Source: Dimorphilus gyrociliatus (taxonomy: Eukaryota; Animalia; Annelida). Taken from it: a stretch of 64,000 nt of DNA. The notes under the pieces are model-generated. The model was not told the origin of the DNA. It saw only the letters and a program-made list of their open reading frames with translations, and searched no databases. Positions 1-14,200 of this stretch are shown here, piece by piece. The stretch spans positions 1,237,643 through 1,301,642 of the forward strand of contig CAJFCJ010000014.1 of NCBI GenBank assembly GCA_904063045.1, read 5' to 3'. Position 1 is the stretch's first letter; every line of letters starts with the position of its first letter. Made by a program: the position numbers and the translations under genes.

Positions 1-102
1 ACATATTCGTTCAACTTTTTGGGAGAAAATATTTTAAAATTGAACACGGAGAGAAATTAAAGCCAGACAAAAAAATAAATTAATTTCATCGTATTGGCCT
101 AT

Positions 103-2322
103 TTAATCAAGTTGTTTAAATAAAAATTTAACTTCTCTTAATTTAGAGGCAGATTTTGTCAAGTATTTTGACTGCTTTGGTGAGTCGATAATGCTACGAA
201 CTTTTAGTAATAGACTATTGCATTCTTTGCATCTTTGAAAACGTTCTTCCCTGGAAATATCTACGGAATTACTACTTGGCGGGGTTGATATGTTGGCTTT
301 GATAACTGAGGCGAAGCACTGAAGTATTGTTCTCACTGATGTAAGACTAACTAAGACATGACTGAAAAAAATTTAAACTATAATGAAAGAAAAGTGTAAA
401 ATCAAAATTCATCTTACTTTTCATATTTACTATTCAATAATTCAATAAGACTTGGTAGAATAATTACGGCAAGATCAAGAGTCCAAAGAGAACTAAAGAA
501 ATAAAAAAAGTTAATGTTTTTTGAAGTATTGTTTTACTTAAAACAAATATACTTTTTCTTTAACACAATTTCTAATAAATCGACAATTATTGAGGGATCT
601 TTCATCCCTATTGCTGTTTCGATAGATGTTCTTATATTTCCTGCAGACCAAAGCACTCTAACGATTTGTAAATTTTTTGCTCTAGCCTGTAAAGCTTCTA
701 TCATTGACGAATGACCTTTGATCAGTGATGCGGGAATTTCTGCTCTTGAAGCATTAGCATCACTATTTGTTTTTGGCATGAAGTCACTCATATTTATCAT
801 TGGTTCCACATTCATCACGTCTTTGTCTTCAATAGGTTCAATGTTCGAATTTGGTTCCGCCTTATGTTCAATCTTAAGAATATTTTTTGTGGGATCCTCT
901 TTTAAGACTTTCACTTTAAATTTATTCTCTGTTTCTTTCGTTTCTTTGTCGGGTTTTTTCGGAGTATAGAGTTTTTGGACAGGAGGAGTTCCTTGATGAG
1001 ATTTCTTTGGCCTAGTTGGTTTATCATCTCGCTTAAAAGGCTTATGCTTCTCAATTAATTCTTTTTCAAAATTTTCTCTATCGTCATTGGAAGCGTTAGG
1101 TCGAAGAAGACTTTGAGTAACCTGATATGTTGCAACATTTGTGCCGGAATGAGAAACTCCCACTATATAATCTTTACAAAATGCCAAGTCGCTTAAATTG
1201 CCCCATCCAGTTTTCACTGAATCTAGATATTCATTAGGTTCCCAACTATATACCTTTAAATAATCATTGCATGCAGCATAAACACAGTTCTCCGTAGAAT
1301 GAAATTTCACACATTTATAATCTGATGTAGTATCAGATGATTTAGATGAACCTAATGATTTAAAAACATCAATATCCCAAAAAGTTAAAGTTCGATCGGC
1401 TGTAGCAAAACATAGAAGGAATTCATTTGGATGAAATGCAACTGCTTTAACTGCAGCATTGGCCGACAACTGCGATATCTGCTTTCCAGAAGTAATATCA
1501 AAAATCCTAACTGTTGAGTCGTCTGAACCAGAACAGAACCATCGTCCATCTGGACTAAACTGAACACAATTGATACCCGCACTATGCCCACGATACGAGT
1601 AGACACAAGCTTTACGTTCTATATCCCAAAATTTAATATTTGTATCGTTACTACCAGATAAAATATAACGATCCGTCCAAGGATGAAAGTCAATAGTTTT
1701 CACGTTTGACTTGTGCCCGCTTAAAGTTCTAACGATTTTGCACTGTTCCAAATTCCACACTTTGAGACAGCCTGAAGACGAACCTGCTGCTATTAATTCT
1801 TCACTTTTGTTAAATTGAACACATTCTACTCCACTAGTATGACCAGAAAGGGTCTGTTTATAAATATTTATATTAATTTTAAACAAACAGTATTTCTAAG
1901 AAAAGAAAATAAAAACTAAAAAAAAGTAAATTTTCAGGAATAGATTTCTTGTATTGTTGCTATTAAAAATATTTTTCTTTTTTTTTTGCAGTTTTGCAGC
2001 AACGTGCTAAATAAACATTCTGTTTTCTCAATCATATAATAAAAATTCTGAAAATGAACTTTTTTTTCTCTAAAAATATCCCTCACCATTAAGCAGTTAG
2101 GTTTATCAGTTGTCCATAAATTTACTTTTTTATCCTGACCCCCAGTAGCCATTACTCTTCCAGAATTTTGGCCCAAAGTCACACAAGTGACTTTTGAGGT
2201 GTGTGCCACAATTTCCTCTAAAAAGTTTCAAAGTTTTTAAGTTAAATAAACAAAGATTTGTATTTGCTATGTTTTAGTTTTGGCTTACGTATATTGGAGC
2301 ATTTATTGGATGATGAAGTCAT
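103..2322 (-). CDS. KATNB1: Katanin p80 WD40 repeat-containing subunit B1 (5 exons, ~599 aa)
   Basis: Exons 2322-2289, 2217-2087, 1853-553, 492-418, 361-103 join in phase with GT-AG introns. N-terminus [29 protein letters not shown]40 repeats ([27 protein letters not shown]), and the con80 C-terminus ([13 protein letters not shown]...[15 protein letters not shown]) match KATNB1. Confidence 0.95.
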
Positions 2323-3685
2323 GTTTTCTGTTTTATATCATATATCCAAATATTAAATCTTTGACAGCTAATATTAAAATAAATTAAGAATTCATAAAAA
2401 CTATAAATTAATAATTGCTTATTTTCAATAAACCCAATATGAAAATATATTTAAAACCATTCCTTTTAATTACTGATTGGTTTAAATTAACAGATCTGAG
2501 CGATTTTGTGAGAACAAACGGTTTGACATGGGAACAGGAAGTTGTCTTAAAGAGTTCAACAGATTTTTCATCTAGCTTAAAATTTTCATTTAATAGACAT
2601 TAATCGAAACAATTTTAATAAATTCTACTAAGAAATATTTCAATTGTATATTTTTGTATAAATTTCGTACGAAAAGAATTATTCATGAAAATATCCGGTA
2701 AAGAAACTGATACTTTTCATAAATGACGGTTTTAATTTTTTAAGTTTTACGCTGTTAGTATATATTTTTAATTATTAAGTCATTGATTATCATATAAATC
2801 GATTCCTTAAAAATTAGTGTGCGTCTCAGATTTGTAAGATTTGTTAAAAATCAATTTTGAGGCAATTATCATCTTGCTGATGGAAAGTTAAATATTTAAA
2901 ATTAAAATTTAATGAAGTTATCATCCAGATTTCTTGTAAAAGCTTAGGCTGTAAAGATATTATCAATCATTCGCTGCAGGAGACAAAATCGATTGGTAAA
3001 AGTTGTAGATTATTCTGTAGAGTTTCTAATATAGACAACGATAATAGGACTACTTGAAGTTAAGCACCTGTCTTTGTTATTTTCCATAATGTACGAATTG
3101 TGTACTTAATCCATTGAAAGGTGTAAAAAAAAAAGAAAATCACTGATAGTGTACAACGTCTGGGGTTGCCGTGTGTACGCTTATGTTTTTCATAATACTT
3201 ATAAAGGGCAAGGTCATATTATGGATTCGTGTATGAATTTTTTTTTCAATTAATTATCCAATTATTCTAGATATTTTTAGGAATTAACGTACTTCTCTAC
3301 ATAGGCAATATTCGATATTTCTGTTAGTCATAAAATCTTGTCTATAGGCAATCATATTCGGTCTATTTTTAGTATTAACGTAGATAAGATTTAATCGATA
3401 ACAGATACTGCTAAAGAATTGGGCAGGTTTTTGTACTCTGGCAGGCAAACTTTGAACCCATTTTAGTTGATACACTATTAATTAAACGCTTTTATGTACC
3501 TGTAAGTAAAGCGTAAAATCAATATATTATCATTGTACAAATGAATGTTTCACACAACATTTAATTATGTGTCTACTTAAGACGCATGTAAGATAATTTT
3601 CTTTTGCCTAATTACAAGTGTTTTATATTCAGTTCTAATAACATCTTCCACGATATTTCTTTCAGGTAAGGGGAGATTATCAAGC

Positions 3686-4102
3686 ATGAAAGTTTACTTA
3701 CGGTTACAAGACGTTGTTCAATGGTTCGGAATGACGAGTCTAGAACTATTGTTCCATGTGTTCTCCGTATTAGCTTTTTCCATTCTAGCTGCATTAAAGC
3801 AAGAAAATATTATCTCCTGGTCTTGGAAACCTATTTTTATACCAATAATAGTTGCCGATGCTTTACAGTTCTACTTGTGTCTTATTATAGCAATAAGACA
3901 ATGCAAGAATCATGAATACAAGAAAGCTGGTATTCGTTTCATATCATCAACCTGCATTACTGTGTGTGTCTGTACATTTAAACTTTTACTCATGACAAAA
4001 TTCGAAGAACCAAAATCTCATAGCTATTCTCAGGTGTTTGCTCCACTCTTTGTTCTTGCTCAGGTACTCATGGTAAAAGTCTGTCATACCTCCAATACTT
4101 AA
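3686..4102 (+). CDS. TMEM203: Transmembrane protein 203
   Basis: Single-exon 138-aa hydrophobic ORF. LQDVVQWFGMTSLELLFHVFSVLAFSILAALK, WSWKPIFIPIIVADALQFY and FAPLFVLAQVLMVKVC align with the human TMEM203 pattern. Confidence 0.85.
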   Translation: MKVYLRLQDVVQWFGMTSLELLFHVFSVLAFSILAALKQENIISWSWKPIFIPIIVADALQFYLCLIIAIRQCKNHEYKKAGIRFISSTCITVCVCTFKLLLMTKFEEPKSHSYSQVFAPLFVLAQVLMVKVCHTSNT

Positions 4103-4190
4103 ATAAAGCATTTTTTCCTTTCTGATTTTAATATAAATTCGTTCAGAATGCATGTGTAACGTTTAAATATACACATTTCATACATTTGAA

Positions 4191-4193
<3 letters not shown>

Positions 4194-4221
<28 letters not shown>
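4194..4221. repeat. (AT)n microsatellite
   Basis: Uninterrupted AT dinucleotide run between the convergent TMEM203 and RXR 3' ends. Confidence 0.9.
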
Positions 4222-4462
4222 GGTGTATATATGTTTATGAATATAAAATAATACTGTATATACATATGTATTAGTATGTATATAAACATTTATTTATTTG
4301 TTTATATTTATAGAATTATATATTTTTTATATGTAGAACATAAATGTAATCAAATAAAAAGATCATTTCACAAAACATGACTAAATGTATGCTCTATAAA
4401 TTTTTAAAAGAAAAAAAAAAGTAATAACACTCTTTAGAAAAGTTACAAAGAGCAAAAAACAA

Positions 4463-5729
<1,267 letters not shown>

Positions 5730-6276
5730 TTATCTGGGTTATAAGACAATATATAGAGTAAAATGCGTAATATAAATAAGGAAAGTATGCTTACAATTGA
5801 TATAATAACTGGAAGCTAGTGGCTAAAATATACTTTTTAGGATTCAAAATTAACAAGAGAAATATTCTATTCGCTTCAGATAATCAAAATATTGGGAGAG
5901 AAATTAATAAATAGTCAGCCTTGCCTGGAATCGCCCTAAACAGGGTTTACCGATAGTGCCCGGATGTTTTTCAGTTTGGGAATTCTTCGATAGATGGCGG
6001 ATGGAGTGATAATATTTAGAGAAAATTTCTGCTAGAAACTGGTAGAGTTAATTCAGAAAATTTTCATTTAACTCTGTCTAGAGATCATATGTACGCAGTA
6101 ACTTTGAAAGGGCTTTTATTAAATATTTGAGAAAGATCATCGTTTAGACAGCTCTGATCATAAGGAACGGTCCTTATTTTATTCTCCTCATTATTTCTTT
6201 AAGAATCTAAGCTCTAAGGGCAGTTATCGCTCAGAGTAATCATAAAACAACGCTGCATTACACAAAGAGCTGGGTC

Positions 6277-7440
6277 ATGAACTCTTCGATTGCTAACGAG
6301 GGGCCGGGTGAGGAGACACTAATTGAGAGGGCTCGTTTAGAAATGCTTAAAAGATTGGCAAGTTCAACAGTATTTGTAAGGAACCAACAACGAAACGAAG
6401 AACCGTTAACAGACCAAGAAAGATTCGAAATTCTTTCCGACATTCTGTCTGCCAAACCAGGGTTATTTATAGAGCGTTACCACGGTGACTTAATTCAAGA
6501 GGATCTCTTGGTGTTTGATAAATTAAAGGAAAGGAACACTTTAGTATCCTATTACTTTGATCAACTTTGTAAGAAATTTAACAAGCAGACTATAACGCTG
6601 CCTAAAGTGAACGTAGTTACAAAAAAAAATCGTCGATATATAGCCTTACAACGACTTATTAAGGAAGGGGATTATTTCTCGTAAGGATAAATATAATATA
6701 ACTACACCTGAAAGAGTCTCGTAATTAAATAAATAAAAAAAATTACCACTTTTCCTTAGGGAAGAAGAAATGAAATCGCGAGCACCTCGCTTATATGAGG
6801 AACTCATTGGTCAATATTTGACTGACAACGAAGCTTGCGAAAAATCTCAGCAATTAAATTCCGTTCAAAACCTTTCGACTTTGTTATTAAAGCAAATGGA
6901 TTATCAAAGAGAGCGGCAGGAAAGGGACGCTTATGAAAGTGAGGAAGAATCGGAAGTATGATATCTTTTGCACGCTGTTATCAATATCATATTAATGAAA
7001 AGATAATCTGAAACTTATAGAAAGAAGACAATGCAAGCGTCTGTTCGGACGAAAGTGAACTCAACGATGAACCGGAAAGGAAAAGCAAAAAAAGTAATTA
7101 TATAAGCAAATTTTTAATTATATTTCTCATAAATACATTTACACTCGTTTAGTTATAAGTCTAGAAGAAAAATTGCAGTTAAGAGAAGAATTTTATAAAC
7201 GGATGCAGGAGAGTTTCTTAAGTGGAAATGATAAAAATGTAGATTATCTGTAAGTAATGTTAAGAACATTTTTAGCTTAATGGCTTATGTACTTGGACAA
7301 GTATTATTGTATATTATATATTCTTCTTGAACAGGAAAATCGATAATGACGCTGCAAATGACTGTATGAACCAATTAGAAATGGATGAACAAGACAAGTA
7401 CTTTGACGATGAAACACCTGAAACAGTGAACAATTATTAG
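6277..7440 (+). CDS. CCDC97: Coiled-coil domain-containing protein 97 (DUF2052), 5 exons
   Basis: Exons 6277-6680, 6760-6955, 7021-7093, 7153-7249, 7335-7440 in phase. Motifs [63 protein letters not shown] and DEQDKYFDDE are CCDC97-like. Confidence 0.9.
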
Positions 7441-7618
7441 TTACTTAAAGTTTGAGCAACCTTTTAGAAATTTAATCTTAAATATACGTAAAGCTAGACG
7501 GCGTTAAATCGTGAATATTGATCGAGAAATGGGTAACGCGCAATTCCGTGACACAAGGTCGCACAGTCTTTGTATAGTAACGGCGAAGCATTTCTTTGCC
7601 TCTCGTTATTTTCACGTT

Positions 7619-8099
7619 ATGGAGCATCCCGTACCTTTCGAATCCGTTAAACGAGAATATCATCCGCCTGATTTTACATCCTGCCAATACGCAACAAGAC
7701 CTAATCCTTGTGCTCATTGCTCACCTAATTATCAACCATCTATATTATATTCGATTCTTACGGGAAATGCAACTAAAGTTGGATACGACTGTAATAATCA
7801 GATAGCAACTCAGCAGCAGCAACAGCAACAACAGCACCACCACCAGCAACAGCCCTATCTTAATAAGTAAGTAAAACCGCTTTATATATCGTAAAAGTTA
7901 ATTAATTGAAAATTATCAACAGTTACACTCCTTATTACGGACACGAAAATTTACCATAAAAAATTGAGATAATCGAAAAACTATCGAAGCCTTTATTCTC
8001 TCTTTCTCCTCTGTCTCTCCATCTATCTATTTATCTATCATCAATCTATCTCTCAGTGGATCTGATAAAATGTTATTTTGTGAATGTAACTTTTATTAA
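7619..8099 (+). CDS. Candidate small protein (~97 aa) with CxxC, SILYSIL motif and polyQ tract
   Basis: ATG at 7619 inside the 7511-7870 ORF, donor GTAAGT at 7867, pyrimidine-rich acceptor ending CAG at 8056, then in-phase exon 8057-8099 (..NNGSDKMLFCECNFY*). The first exon is richer in GC than the flanks. No homolog confirmed. Confidence 0.4.
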
Positions 8100-8262
8100 A
8101 AGAATTAGTTTATTAACTTTTTTATTTGATTGTACAATATATAAAAATTTTTTGAAGATAGATTATTATTCTAAATATCACAGTCATTAAGGAAAAATGA
8201 AGAGCAAAATTTGTAAGGAAAAAATATTCATCTAGAAAGCACTTGAGCTTCTTCTTTATTTA

Positions 8263-11200
8263 TTAAATAACAGCGTTGTGGCCCGAAAATGACAACCTCG
8301 TCTGTAGATAAATATATGTAAATAGCTTAATATAATAAATTTTATCAATGTGAAGAAAAGTGTAGTAAAATAACTAACCCTGTTTATACTATCTAAATAT
8401 CTTCTGTCTTCTGCTGATGTATCCAACAGTGATTCATCAAATCGGCTATTATCGTCTAGTAATATTATTCTGTCGCCGTCCATCGATTGAGAAGTCATTT
8501 CTACTTCACTCTCTTCCTCTATTATCTCAGTTTGTTGTTTAACGAAGTTAATGAAAACCTAATACGTTGAATATTTTAGTCATTAAATACATTGATATTG
8601 CCTACAGGGTGTTTATTATATAAACAATACAAGAAGATATTGTATAATAAGAGATTTTTTTTAAATAAACTTACGTTGTCCAAAGTATTCTGGCTAACTG
8701 AATAATCGATTATGTTCATATCTCTCAAAGATTCTTCCATAACGGAAAATACCAGGGACAGATTTACTGACTTCATTTCGAATTGTACAGAATTGTAATG
8801 AGCTTCCTTTAGAACGGCACCTGCTAATTTATCTAGCACAAATCGTTTCACTCGACGGACATCTCTCTCGTAGTTAGGGCCTTTCAATCTGATTATTAAA
8901 GTATAACCGTCCCCAAAACGATTTTTTAAATGTTGAGCACTACCAAGACATTTTAATTGACCATTTACCATTATGGCCATTCTTGTGCATAAAGTCTCGC
9001 ACTCTTCCATACTGTGGGATGTTAGAACTACACATCGTCCATCTTTAGTCAATTGGTATATAGTATCCCATAAGAATCTCCTAGAATGTGGATCCATTCC
9101 TGTAGTGGGCTCATCAAGCAATATTACCGCTGGATGACCGATTAAAGCGATCGCGGTAGAGAGTTTTCTCTTATTTCCAGCACTGAATGTATCAGACGAT
9201 TTATCTGCTAATTTAATCAGATCTAATTTCTTCAGGGCCCAATTCACTACAGACTTAGTTTCCTTTACAGGAACGCCTCGTAGTCTGCAGAACAATTGTA
9301 AATGTTCTCTAGCAGTTAATTCGTCAAATAAAGCATCGAATTGCGGACAGTATCCTATATTTTGCTTGACTATATTATCTTCCCGTAAATTTCTACCATT
9401 TAAATAAATTTCGCCTGCAGTTTGTAGCAAGTCTGCAGTAAGCATTTTAAAGGTTGTTGTTTTTCCGGCTCCATTTACTCCCAATAAACCAAAACACTCT
9501 CCAGCTGAGACTCCAAAACAAGAGCGATCCACAGCTAGGTGACGACCCAGCCTTCTTGTTATATATATTTTTGTTAGATTATCAACGACCAGTACATCTC
9601 TCGATACACCGTTCTCCCTCACTCGTTTTCTTTCGGCCGCAACGTCTTCGTCTTCAGAGGAATTTTGACGGTGTCTATAACTAGTACACGATCGTCCACC
9701 GACAAAGAATCCGTATTCGCACAGTACTGTGCCACAAAAGTATAAAAGTCCTACTCCTGCCATGGCTACAAGATATCTTGTTGTTAATTCCCATTTAAAA
9801 GGTGAGACAATTTTGTCGTATTGACCAATTTTTAAATAATATTCATTTTTGTACTCGTTGAACGCAATGTCCATCAGTCCTCTCCCCAGACAATAATTTG
9901 GAAAAAAGAGAAAGATATTTTTTAGAACATGATTGGCTTTTCCCAATTGAATGTCTCCGTATATTTCGAATATTTCTAATAGGAAACTGGTTATAATGCA
10001 CGTTAGGCCAATAAATAAATTGATAACTATGAGAAATGTATACGCAGCGCTTGATTCTTGGAAGACAAAAGATATTGGATACATCATTGGGGTAATTGAC
10101 CACCCATAAAGCAAAAAGAGGGATACCACAGCGGGAAAATTTACTTTTGATACGTAAGCTGGTATATCAAATCCCTTTAAAATGACTATGCATACTAAAG
10201 CTGGTATTACATAATTACACATGTCCCATATATAGTTTGCTAACCAATAAGCAACAGGATTGAGTCCAGATAAAAATTGTAAATGTTTCGATTTGCTTGA
10301 TCTCTCTTGAACCAGGAAAACAACGAACGAGGCAGGTACAAAGGACATGGCTATTATGATAAATAAAGCAATCAAAACATCCGTTCCGTTTAATCTAATA
10401 AAAGAAAGAAGCATGACGTAAATACTATTTATAGTTAATATACCTTTGAAATTAGATCAAGAGCAATACATTATAGCTAACTTACATGTAATCCATTGTT
10501 TCTAATCCATTGGTATTTTCCATAGGGTGATTGATGACTGTTATGCCGTACGCCGAAGGGTTTCCCATATCCAAAGGTAAATTGGCTCTTAAAATAGCAT
10601 TGTTTAATGTGTTTAGGTAAGCAGGCATACTATGTAGTCCTTTGTGATTGAACCAAACTCTAGCAATGTTTCTCACAGCTAATCTTTTAAACATTGATGG
10701 AGCATTAGCTCCAAAATCAGTAGGAACATAATCTCTTATCAAGCCAAAAGTAAAAGCTCCATAACGATGTAAACGATATTCGTCAGTTGTGTACAAATAG
10801 TAAGAATTTTCTTTCAAATTTCTTTGGCTTATATTTAACATGATATCTGATGTAGTTGACATAAAATCATCTGGTTTAACGACGTTCGACGAATCGCATT
10901 TAAATCCTGAATTATCCTTAACACAGTGACATTTTGGATACAGAGATGGTGATCGTTTCTTACTTATATTACTAAGTGTTTTAATATGGCCCTTTGATTC
11001 TGCCATTTTAATGATAAATTTGTCAATAGGTAAGCCTTCTACAAAGACGCTTTTGCACGAAGGGTTTGACTCATAAAAACGAAACATATTCCCAAGATTG
11101 TGCTCTAACTCTTTCTTATTACTTGGATTATTAAAAGGGTCTTTAAGAATACAGGTTGCTCCTACGCCAGCAAGTAATTTGAAAGTTTCTGATAATTTTG

Positions 11201-14200
11201 TTGGACTTGCATCCTTGGAATTTTCGGCAAACGGTGGTAATGAATCAACAACGGCAAAAGGTATAAAGTTACCCCTTGGTCTGGTATAATTGAAATACAT
11301 AGCCGGACTGAGAACAAGCGGTGGAAGATCATCCATTTTGGGAGCAGTTAGGGCGACTGTCATAGCAATGAACACGAACACGCTGGGCAAGAGAATTTGA
11401 GTAAACAAGCCTTTCCAATTACGCCTAACGTAGTAGAATCGTTTGACTATAACTGCAAAGAATTGCTGTAAGGTCAATTTATAACCTTCGACCACATAAG
11501 TGCCCCGACCAGGCAAGGATCTATGCTGATCATTAGCCATCGTTGGCTCTTGAGCTGTATGATTTGTTAACAATTCCACATCATTCGCATGGCGCCAATT
11601 TGTAATGTCATCAAGAGGAACATCATCATCATTAATAATTTGACGGCTGGCAGCTTCAGAACTTCTGTTAGATTCATTAGACTGGTTAGTATTGTTATCA
11701 TCATCGATTTTTTCATCTAAGTTACCTGTAACAGGTAAGAAAACATTCATGAGTGAAATAAGAAAGAAAAAAAACTACAAAACTGACTTTCTGATGCATT
11801 CCTTGCTGATTGCGTGACCTTCATAAAAACTTCTTCCAGCTGAGTGTCTTTTATTCCGTAACTAGAAATCTGCAGGTAAAAATTCAGGTATAAATAGAAA
11901 AACATTTCTTTGATTCGGAAATTACCTTCAGATCAGCTATCGACTGATCGAGAGACTCAAATAACCTTTCGAATGACCCCTTGGTAACTTCCGCAAATGG
12001 CAAAATATAGTGAAGTTCCTTTAGGCCATCTTCCTTCAAATAACCGCTTTTAACGTACTTATTGATAAATTTTGTTACCGCCTCTGTTAATAGTGGGCGA
12101 TCTTCTTCGCTCCAACATGTTTTAACCATAAATAAATGATAACCTTCGCCAAAAGTTGTCTTTAGGAAAACTGAGGAGCCACAGCACCTTAGACTGCCAT
12201 TAGATATTATGGCTATCCTATCTCCAAGTATATCTGCCTCATCCATGTAGTGAGTTGATAGTAAGATTGTTCTATTAGCCTTAAATTTGAATAGTAGATC
12301 CCATATGGCTCGTCTAGCGTAAGGATCAACCCCAGCGGTTGGCTCATCTAAGATAACAGTTCTCGAGCCACCAATAAATGCAATAGCAACAGACAATTTT
12401 CTCTTCATTCCTCCCGATAATGCATCGACCTTTGATTTTCTTTTATTGGGTAAGCCTATATCTTTTATCATGGCTTCAGTTTGACTATTTATTTTTTCAT
12501 TTGGCACCCCTTTCAATTTGGAGTAAAAATATAAATGTTCTTCGACAGTTAATTCTTCGAAGAGGACATTGTGTTGAGGGCACATACCCAAAGATTTTCT
12601 TATTTCTTCCATATCAGTACGAATGTCATGATTGTAGACTGTTGCCCTTCCAGACGTTGGTGGAAATAACCCAGTTAATATTGACATTGTTGTCGTCTTA
12701 CCAGCACCATTATGACCAAGAAATGAAGTAATTTGCCCCTCAAACAAATTTAAAGATAAATTATTTACGGCTAATTTACCAGTTTTATATCTTTTAGACA
12801 AATTATCAATGCAAACTCCAACTCGACAATCATTCGGTTCGGTTTCAAAATGTGTCATATCTCTGTTATTCAGAGCACAAGCTTGATCTTCTTCGGTAAC
12901 ATTTAAACCTCTATAACGCCTGAAGCAGTCCATCAAAGAAAAGCTTTGCTGTTGAGCATTCATACGGCCGCACCAGTAGGACTTCGTAAATGGAAAATAC
13001 CAAGGTTTTGGCAATCCATACGAACCTAATTGTACAAAGAGAATGTTTAAATGAAATGTCTGTGATGTTAAAATAGGTAAAAAAAAAAAAAATTCTGCAG
13101 AAATAGCTAATAAGCGTTAATTTTTTGTTTTTTTTTTTTGCGAATTATCAAGAGGAATTATTTTTTAATAACAATTTCCTCTGAGGAAAGTATAAACACT
13201 GAATGGACAAGCGTAATTTCTCTTCGCTAAAATTAAATTACAACAGAAATAATAATGATAACATTTAGAATGGTATGAGCTGCAATTTATCTTTTTAAAT
13301 TTGAATTAGAAAACCTTGTGATTGATTATTTTCTGTCTTGTTATTATTTAATAACTTTAGGAAAGGTTTAAACGGGAAATACCATGGTTCAGGTACTCCA
13401 TAAATACCTGCCATATATTAGTAAATAGAGTTATATATAGTCAAATGATTATAAAAACATTAGTTAGAAATGAAGCTACATCAATAATATAGATTAAATT
13501 CAAAGGAGGTATTTAATGAAATAAGATAGATAATTACTAACCCGGATGAACATTTTCTATATACCAAGTGAGAACCCCATAGAGAATTGTATCGACTATC
13601 ATCATTTCCAGAGCCATAATGAGATTGAAGGCGTCACCTTCAACTGGTGATATATGTAGATTATTCCACTGAACCCCAACCCCTGTAATTTCATAGAAGG
13701 CAAAATATTTGGCTCCTAGGCCAAAAGCTGAAGTTGAGAATAATGACGCAATCGATTTTGCCCAAAAAGGAATATGATCTCCAGCAGCCTCCTCTTTTAT
13801 TGCTACATACATTGACGGTACGTAGGTTAATATATAAATAATACCAGCGCAGGCAGCGGCTAATCTTGCTTTAGAATACCACACGCTTATTAAAAAAGAG
13901 AATGAGATTGTCGCCATAGCGAAGATTTCTAATAAAAGAAATAAAATCCACGGATTACTATAGGCTAAAACTTTTCCTTGATATAGCATTATGGTTAATG
14001 AACCCATCGTGATGGTAGTTTGAAAGAAGACTGTTATGAACCAAGCCAACCAATGAACCGAGTTGTTCAATCCCATCATTTTCATGACTTCCTTTAATCT
14101 TTGCTCTTTTTCATAGACGATGCTCTGAACCAACATTGCAACTGTATAAACCCAACTGATCGTTAATAATAAAGGCATCACATGTTGGACTATAAATAAG

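Noticed and set aside
718-1606. ORFs 718-969 (+), 514-714 (+) and 1385-1606 (-)
   Set aside because: They overlap KATNB1 exon 3 in other frames or the opposite strand, with no independent features.
2415-3794. Short ORFs between KATNB1 and TMEM203
   Set aside because: Could not be joined into a coherent spliced model; likely promoter or UTR sequence.
9454-12731. Short ORFs overlapping ABCA2 (9454, 9843, 11098, 12420)
   Set aside because: Shadow frames of large ABCA2 exons.
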